Of a DNA stretch of 64,000 nucleotides, positions 60,201-64,000 are shown piece after piece. The notes beneath the pieces are model-generated. The model searched no databases and had not been told where the DNA came from. It saw only the letters and a program-made list of their open reading frames with translations. The translations under genes and the position numbers were made by a program. Position 1 is the stretch's first letter. Each line of letters begins with the position of its first letter. This stretch comes from a bacterium (lineage in GTDB: Bacteria; CLD3; SB21), in the NCBI GenBank assembly GCA_013360215.1, contig JABWCP010000010.1, positions 1-64,000 on the forward strand. Reading direction: 5' to 3'.

Positions 60201-60733
60201 AATCATGGGACATCATCAGCACCGTAGCGCTTGAGAAATCCGTGACGCTGACGGCCGTTTATGATGAAACATGGATCAACACATTACAAACGCAATACGC
60301 CAACTTCGACGAACGTAAAATCGGTTTCTACCGCGAAGAAAACGGTTCATTGGTTTATCTGGGCGGGGAAGGTCGCAACGGTAGCGTTGCACTTCAAACC
60401 AAATCGCTTGGTAAAATCGTGATTCAGTACAATGACGAACATCGTTACTTGCCTTCAGAAATTACGTTGGCGCAGAACTATCCCAATCCGTTCAACCCCA
60501 CGACGACGATCGAATTCGGTCTTCCCGAAGCCTCGCACGTCAAACTGGTCGTCTATAATATCCTCGGGCAACGCGTCGCTGAGCTTTTCAACGGTCAGCG
60601 CAACGAAGGATATCATAAATTCGTATGGAACGGACGCAATGCACAAGGTGCCACGGTGGCCAGCGGCGTGTATCTGTATCGCCTCGAAACCAATAAAGGC
60701 AACGTGACTAAGAAAATGATGTTTATCAAATAA
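51203..60733 (+). CDS. Giant secreted multidomain protein (3x LamG, FN3 domains, 7 FG-GAP repeats, beta-helix, about 5 ASH/Ig-like domains, T9SS/FlgD-type CTD)
   Basis: Signal peptide; three W.H.A...F.G..DE.R.W modules; seven xDYDNDGDxD repeats; repeated GNYIG...IGDGT..GRNIISGN; FGNV..GDS...V.FKP...DT repeats; LAQNYPNPFNPTT...YNILGQ...WNG...SGVYLYRL...KKM. Confidence 0.92.
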   Translation: MKRFMYDFLKKNAVMLCVLLCCSASLFAQNNALTLNGTSQYAYYGGSLSTYEDVTMEGWFKWDGSTGSNQLLMYDGHTSLSGFGLMLDASASNNLIILAGGYQVTSVSRGLDIGEWSHIALVKKGNFFSLYINGDPEIAKAMTYAYPSGSYMVGGNSLNNSEFFKGAIDEVRLWNRALSYNEIFTAAATPMTGAETNLVASYRLDNSADGLTGDQTVNGYNLTLVGTPTFTASSSDSVMIRQQTKSLYTGGTSVSVGWHADPHSFVTGYIVYADTSDAVRTQVGTTSARTDTTFTVTGLLPNTVYYLTARAVTATDTSDYYRLAVVSTFESGGRAAMFSDNNYYAAPFNENIPIGSSAYTIEAWIKPNSMGVHGIVGWGQYGYSYQTNALRLTDDGIINYWWNNDISISTGNIAGSWHHVAATYDGTTRKMYFDGKLMASENVVYNPEIPFSHNFTIGVTNYTEYFNGEIDEVRIWNVARSESEIVSLMFSPATGSENGLASVYHFDEIGGNYAGDYVGANHAEATGGTPQRTLSDAMLPFMPARLQAIAGDGQVELRWEKSIHPDFASYTLMAATDIEFTDIVATHSSGVGNPSDTSHTVAGLTNGTLYYFAVKMTTNSGATTPFRMNAAVPNTGGPGNALIFDGVDDQIILEDNIVRSRSEMTIETWFKTTTSGGIFGYNDASNAEHVPVIYVGMDGYLQSQLWIGDYNSVMRSLRPVSDGYWHHVALTAGNDNQYLYIDGQLCDSIIGRPLNHLSMIKNQIGRATTSGWPNGGNEYFSGELDEFRFWDRALSHKEVYSYANQSLRGDESGVALLHHFNEPSGLIYTYDAGPNGWTGGLESFSASTTVASGAMRPFSPYNLQSTNTLSSITLKWNPSNASAVRAYYIYTFDGESTMLWDSTTGGLTDTTITFGELPSFTNFTYYISTVDASGSESEKSNPIFVTTTSFKEVTGTNFSQVVDGKFQWADYDNDGDYDVLVAGSENNDYYPPYQNGTIKLYRHDNGGTFTLVDVGLAQEIHRGTAAWCDYNNDGLPDISYMGSGGSGTRPFKLYKNDGDGTFTEILNNIQGAIFGAMAWGDYDNDGDQDVFVMGSIGSEGGDNYSMLFRNDRNDLFTQIDIGLIGYSGGSAAWGDYDRDNDLDLLILGSTNGSYSGGNLHVYRNDGNDVFTEPGEGGYRSGLHRGTAIWADYNNDGYLDIVYSGAIGGGSRDAGVLKNLSGTGFTGFESNPFIGLSEASVSAGDFDNDGDLDFFFAGNHAGGEGSADIRSILMRNDGEDTFTELQTGINPIAGSSYAQAASAMVDYDRDGDLDIMIEGIYDDGFGNTSFVTKLYNNDWATANTPPSDPNGLSAVTVMDTVTMNWNKSTDAETPQDGLTYNIRVGKTSAGVDVMSPLAKVVGSGNAGGFRYVQESGNTSHNNSWRLSGLSDGTYYWSVEAIDQVYRNSKFQSAAQFTIDGAPSAPDSLSVTSGVNSVTLMWGSTNKSDVSKYFIYVSADNEGYTLVDSTTTGIFGTTKTVTKGPSGGILQNGSIYYFRVEAMDHNGYVGPYSNYVTAIPSATPGKWFVVNTDDSGPGSLRSAIDSTNLSTQKDTVVFLIPIGSSITLNSELPAISTDYTVIDADSNDDGKPDISISPEGEGGGYFTGLSIQSSNNVIRGLVIGGFGDYYSGGGSLFINGDNNRILGNYIGVSADGMSTHGNAHGILINGGSSGNWIGDGTGTGRNIIGGNQQYGIYLNGASTSVNNTKILGNYIGIATDGLTALPNSGPGISIYNRALNTIIGDGTAEGRNIISGNSSDGISLTDNNGHIEGTSILGNYIGTDVTGNVGVGNNNHGIFFNTLTGEGASIVNNTIGDGTAGGRNVISGNAGSGINFYYYQVHDNTIKGNYIGITADGSTALGNGMYGVNIEHSNNNIISSNTISGNAYDGIMINGSYGEANNNVVTGNYVGTNPTGSFAIANGQRGIYLQNGASYNQIGGTAAGEGNIISGNLNGGIGFGYAYTPTVSNQILGNKIGTDASGMFGIPNKESGIYINGSNHNYNYIGDGTTGGRNIISGNDGDGIYINGDASDNFILGNYIGVDATGNTGLANDSNGIAIYNSGHILIGDETAGGRNIISGNGKEGIAVYAQSSEIIIGDGQGGGGEALIIEGRGGDKAERPGANDIDIRGNYIGVGANGTTAIGNSGAGIEIEAVFEGFFSEYDSITANIIAYNTDGVELVGNGVFSTYLHNNTIYGNTSEGIVIEEGAQNGITAPSITSVSNFVISGTASVGAMVYVYQDTGNQGRYYLGSSAADGEGSWSYNGLYLPGYNVTATQFLDKQSSAFSAPFATPSGTVHATTTSLSYGNVLAGDSATLTTRIYAIGNPVVMNSGSLVLGTNAQMLATLGTDTLFMTDTITVQVRFKPVNFGFLTDTLRIYYGEGNVFDIRIGGTGTSGTIAASSIGFAMETLNGDSTSVPIQMYTTSGWVEITSAIFGQNNYFTYSIDKTLPYILKPGDTADVTVTFKPTTFTSSADTLYFANNSSDGMLELMFSGLPLPGTVATNLASQDFGNVLLGDSLELTTKIYAPSGRVEITSVTLSQGDVLSMTVTPALPFTLNAGDTILVKTKFIPSDFNSFNDTITVLSNASNGTVTVSLSGQSLPGIISSAASAFDFGNVLVGDSAQTSTRYYATGGPVQITGSSLVTSGETSVSFTPSLPYLLHVGDSVVVTAKYKPLTFAAMSADTIHLISNASNSGKLSIPMSGFGQTGTLAFNTTPANFGSIRVADSSTAQIVKVYSSVGQIPLTGYTIGAHFKATTSTVFPITIKSGDTVTLAVKFKPQTTGALLDTIKIGNVRIPLAGTGLENVAPTLTLGVTSVIALKQYLGIYMYSSEALSARSAAFKFNDVSVTAPTFDAVSGVNNLYYAQYKLSAAGSLKIDATGTDIAGNIGTRSKTYTIGSLTKDQTLAVEAEGLRINGTKGAISESGFMIITKSQTYDGDPVGLSKGTSKSATDFANANIQSWDIISTVALEKSVTLTAVYDETWINTLQTQYANFDERKIGFYREENGSLVYLGGEGRNGSVALQTKSLGKIVIQYNDEHRYLPSEITLAQNYPNPFNPTTTIEFGLPEASHVKLVVYNILGQRVAELFNGQRNEGYHKFVWNGRNAQGATVASGVYLYRLETNKGNVTKKMMFIK

Positions 60734-60768
60734 CGTACGGTATATAAAAAATTATATAACAAAGGATC

Positions 60769-61335
60769 ATGATTATGAAACACTTCAAAGTATGGCTGGC
60801 CGGCGCACTGATGATCGCGCTCAGCACAGGATGCAGCGAGGATCCGGCGACCGACCCTCTCGGGGATGCATGGCAGCTTTTTATAAACGGTCAATACACT
60901 GAAGCACAAACCAGTTTTGAGGCCCTTATCGAAACGCAACCCGGTCAAGCTTACGCCGGACTCGGGTGGACGGCCATGAAACTGGACAATATCCCGGCAT
61001 CGGTGGATTATTTCGAACTGGCCGCGGGTGATTCACTTGTGCATGGTTACGCAGGCTGGGCTATTGCGTCATGGGCTAATAAAGATTTTACGCATATCGT
61101 CGAACGTGCAGGTTTTGTAATACGCAAAGAACCGACATTCGAATTTGAATTCTACAAAGATATTACCATCAGCACCATGCGTCTTATGCAAGCCTACGGT
61201 TATTATCATACAGGCAATATGTCAGCCTGTCTTGCCCGCATTCAAGAGTTGGATGGTGGTTTTGCCAGTACAACTGACCCGGCATTATTGCTGGCAAAAC
61301 TTGACGCTTTAAGCGCAACCGCTTCCGGATTATAA
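60769..61335 (+). CDS. TPR-like lipoprotein
   Basis: Lipobox LSTGC; helical repeats AWQLF..GQY.EA...F and AYAGLGW. Confidence 0.75.
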   Translation: MIMKHFKVWLAGALMIALSTGCSEDPATDPLGDAWQLFINGQYTEAQTSFEALIETQPGQAYAGLGWTAMKLDNIPASVDYFELAAGDSLVHGYAGWAIASWANKDFTHIVERAGFVIRKEPTFEFEFYKDITISTMRLMQAYGYYHTGNMSACLARIQELDGGFASTTDPALLLAKLDALSATASGL

Positions 61336-61352
61336 AGCGAACTTTTTATAAC

Positions 61353-61385
61353 AAAAAACCGCAGCCTAAAAACTGCGGTTTTTTT
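61353..61385. terminator. Bidirectional intrinsic terminator
   Basis: AAAAAACCGCAG-CCTAAAAA-CTGCGGTTTTTTT. Confidence 0.88.
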
Positions 61386-61418
61386 ATGTGTAATTTTTGC
61401 AGAAGCATCTTTTTTTCA

Positions 61419-63245
61419 TCAAAACGTACCTATAAAACCAAAGTGGATTTTCCCCTCCGACGGACGATCGTTTTGACCGAGACCATAGTCCAGAGCAAAC
61501 TGCCCAAGCCGCGTTCCAAATCGCATACCAAAACCATAACCCCATGGGAAACCGTCTTGTTTATTAATTTTCGTACGTTCTAAATCAGCATATACTCTGC
61601 GGTAATAATAACCTTGATCGTAAAATACAAACAATCGTGAAGCGCGCCCTGTAACATAACGCAACTCCAAATTGTTCCAACCTACGCGCGTTCCGCTAAA
61701 AAAGCCTTCGGTATAACCGCGCAGGGTTTTTAGCCCGCCAAATAAAAACTGTTCACTCAGCGGCGCCACATCACGACCGGGCCTGAACACTGAAAAATGT
61801 AACCCGTTTGCAATAACCCAGCGACGGACCGGTTCACGGTAAATTTCCAAATCCATTCGCCATGTTTGTGTGCGGATGGATTGGGAAAACGAACGTATGA
61901 TTTTTTGCTCGCCGCCATAGGTGATCGTATCCGTACCGTCGGATGACAGAGTCCAATTTTTTTCCCGTGTACGTCCATACGAAAAAACCGTATGATAATA
62001 TAAACCATTGCGGGGATTGATTTGTTCGTCACGCATATCCCCGGTCAAGCCGCCATTCCATGCGTAACCATCGCTCTGCGGTGTATTAAATATAAATGCT
62101 GTTTTCGGATCGGCGGGTTCCACCGTCTGTAAACGCACCCCCGCTAAAACTGACCAATCGTGGGTAATTTCAGTTTGCAATTCCATCTCCCAGGCGCTGC
62201 GCGAATACAACGAATCTTCGATTTGCTGTTGCACGGCTATGCGTCCGTTGACAGGCCATCCGACCAACCACGGTTCGGTGTACTGCAGCATCAAATCCTG
62301 TGAAAGGCGATTTTTCTTTTGCCAGCGCATACTCAACTGCCGCGCCGTTCCAAAAAGATTATAAAACGATACATGAATCAACCCGGTGAAGTATCCTTTT
62401 TCATCACGCGCCGCATCACGCGGGACATAACCGATAATCCCGTCCATTGTATTGGCACGATCTTCCTCGACATCCAGCCATACCGTCAACAGGGAATCCG
62501 GTCTCATTGTAACCGACGTAAGCTCCGCATTGCGAATAAAAGGAAATCGTCGGATACGCGTAAGACCGTCTTGAATGGCGCGGTGATCATAACCGCGGGG
62601 TAATCTCATGCGCATTTCACGCGTCAAAGTCAGCGGTTTGGTGCTTTCGTTTCCCCGAACGATAAATTCACCGACCGGTTTGACGATACGTCTTTTGATA
62701 TGCAACAGGACATCAATTATAAAATCAGACTCCGCATCACGCCGCATCCAGACCGAATCAAGCGCTATATGTACAAACGGCGCACCGTTGTTTTCAAACC
62801 AGTCCAGCATGCGATTTACCGATGCCGTCCACTGATCCGGTGAGAACATATCACCTGTTTTCCATCGCATAACTTCCGTAATCTGCGAAGCTGAAATATC
62901 CGATTCGCCGCTTATGCGCACAGAACCAAGCTTAGCTTGTTTTTCTTCGGATAGAAAAAAAATCAATTGTATGCCGCCTGCGCCTTCGGTTGGTTTTTGT
63001 TGAATGGAATCAATGGACGACGCCAAATAACCCTGATCGCGATAGTATTCTAAAATACGCATCGCATCATTGCGAGATTGTTCCTGATCAAAAACGGAAC
63101 CGGGTTTGTGATAGAGCAGAGATAAGATTGTTTTGTCATTCACGATACGATTACCGTGAATGGAAACAGAAACAATACGCTCTGTTGCGGTTTGTGCACA
63201 AAGCGTAGTAGTAAATAAAAATATAAACCAGCGCATAAATTTCAC
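61419..63245 (-). CDS. Omp85 (BamA/TamA-like) outer membrane protein with about 3 POTRA domains
   Basis: I.GN POTRA starts, NLFGT.R, FGG..TLRGY, GYGFG.R, C-terminal IHFGFIGTF. Confidence 0.9.
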   Translation of the reverse strand: MKFMRWFIFLFTTTLCAQTATERIVSVSIHGNRIVNDKTILSLLYHKPGSVFDQEQSRNDAMRILEYYRDQGYLASSIDSIQQKPTEGAGGIQLIFFLSEEKQAKLGSVRISGESDISASQITEVMRWKTGDMFSPDQWTASVNRMLDWFENNGAPFVHIALDSVWMRRDAESDFIIDVLLHIKRRIVKPVGEFIVRGNESTKPLTLTREMRMRLPRGYDHRAIQDGLTRIRRFPFIRNAELTSVTMRPDSLLTVWLDVEEDRANTMDGIIGYVPRDAARDEKGYFTGLIHVSFYNLFGTARQLSMRWQKKNRLSQDLMLQYTEPWLVGWPVNGRIAVQQQIEDSLYSRSAWEMELQTEITHDWSVLAGVRLQTVEPADPKTAFIFNTPQSDGYAWNGGLTGDMRDEQINPRNGLYYHTVFSYGRTREKNWTLSSDGTDTITYGGEQKIIRSFSQSIRTQTWRMDLEIYREPVRRWVIANGLHFSVFRPGRDVAPLSEQFLFGGLKTLRGYTEGFFSGTRVGWNNLELRYVTGRASRLFVFYDQGYYYRRVYADLERTKINKQDGFPWGYGFGMRFGTRLGQFALDYGLGQNDRPSEGKIHFGFIGTF

Positions 63246-63874
63246 ACTGAGATCACCGTAGCACGGCCACGGGTCTGATGAATTATCGCATCGCAGAAGT
63301 GCAAAACTTCATTTTTGCGAATCGCAACATCCATCGTGGCTTGCTCTGCATATACAGTGTCCCCTGCTTTCCCGCCGGCATGATGTACACAGCGCATGAT
63401 CGTATTGATTTCATCGTATGGAAACTGTATCCGAAGGTTTTCATAGATCAGCCGCTGTTCTGCACGGCATCGCGAAAGAACTTCCGCGGCCGAATCACCG
63501 TACGCACGTACAAGTCCGCCCGTGCCAAGCTTGGTGCCTCCGAAATATCGAACGACGATGACGATAATATCCGTCCAGTTTTTAGCCGTTATGGCCTGCA
63601 GAATCGGTTTACCCGCCGTACCGGAAGGTTCGCCGTCATCGCTGAGGCGAACCAAAACATGAGGTATTAAACCCACTTGGTAAGCGAAGCAGTGATGCGT
63701 GGCATCAAAATAATTTTTACGAATAGATTGCAAAAACTGTTCGGCGCCGTCTTTATCTTGAACCGGCGCGGCATACCCGATAAATTTCGAACCTTTAACT
63801 TTGATTTCGGAAGTACATGATTCGGCGATCGTGTAGTATTCATCCGGTGTCATGCGTTTTTCCGAGGAAATCAC
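63242..63874 (-). CDS. yigZ: IMPACT/YigZ family protein
   Basis: KGSKFIG, ATHHCFAY, SDDGEPSGTAGKP, VRYFGGTKLGTGGL.RAY. Confidence 0.95.
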   Translation of the reverse strand: MISSEKRMTPDEYYTIAESCTSEIKVKGSKFIGYAAPVQDKDGAEQFLQSIRKNYFDATHHCFAYQVGLIPHVLVRLSDDGEPSGTAGKPILQAITAKNWTDIIVIVVRYFGGTKLGTGGLVRAYGDSAAEVLSRCRAEQRLIYENLRIQFPYDEINTIMRCVHHAGGKAGDTVYAEQATMDVAIRKNEVLHFCDAIIHQTRGRATVISV

Positions 63875-64000
63875 GATGCGTAGAAAATTTTTCCGTTATG
63901 TATAACGCCGACGGCTTTGCCTTTCATCGCATAATCGTGATACGGTGTGTTGATTGATTTCGAACACGTCTGATGCACGTCGTATTTCCAGCGCATTTCC
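63871..64000 (-). CDS. pyrC: 3' end of a probable dihydroorotase (partial)
   Basis: Manual translation ...EMRWKYDVHQTCSKSINTPYHDYAMKGKAVGVIHNGKIFYAS*, matching the SKS.NTP...G....I..G C-terminus of type I dihydroorotases. Its TGA overlaps the yigZ GTG. Confidence 0.7.
   Translation of the reverse strand, partial: EMRWKYDVHQTCSKSINTPYHDYAMKGKAVGVIHNGKIFYAS

Overview
The window is 64 kb of chromosomal backbone from a diderm bacterium, probably in the FCB superphylum (Calditrichota/KSB1/Ignavibacteria-like). This is inferred from an NYPNPFNP T9SS/FlgD-type C-terminal domain, an alpha2-type GlyRS and ordinary Shine-Dalgarno use. It holds yceD-rpmF-plsX-fabH', glyS, two LytS/LytTR two-component modules with visible 21-bp-period operator repeats, a MacAB-like ABC exporter, an accessory stretch (about 14.4-33.5 kb), a dcw cluster in which a 62-aa ORF occupies the murE position, a 3176-aa secreted multidomain adhesin-like protein, an Omp85 protein, yigZ and the 3' end of pyrC. 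The most unusual element is not in the ORF track: a ~115-nt non-canonical tRNA-like RNA (20257-20371) with a Leu-type D arm, GUC (Asp) anticodon in an aberrant loop, U1-A72/G73 acceptor end and a 46-nt branched variable region. It is transcribed divergently from asnC, at the position where asnA normally sits. Next to it are an unannotated sigma54-type small-protein operon broken at an A10 run and a gene broken by one amber codon. No CRISPR array, rRNA, transposase or integrase was seen. All calls come from reading the sequence; no searches were run.
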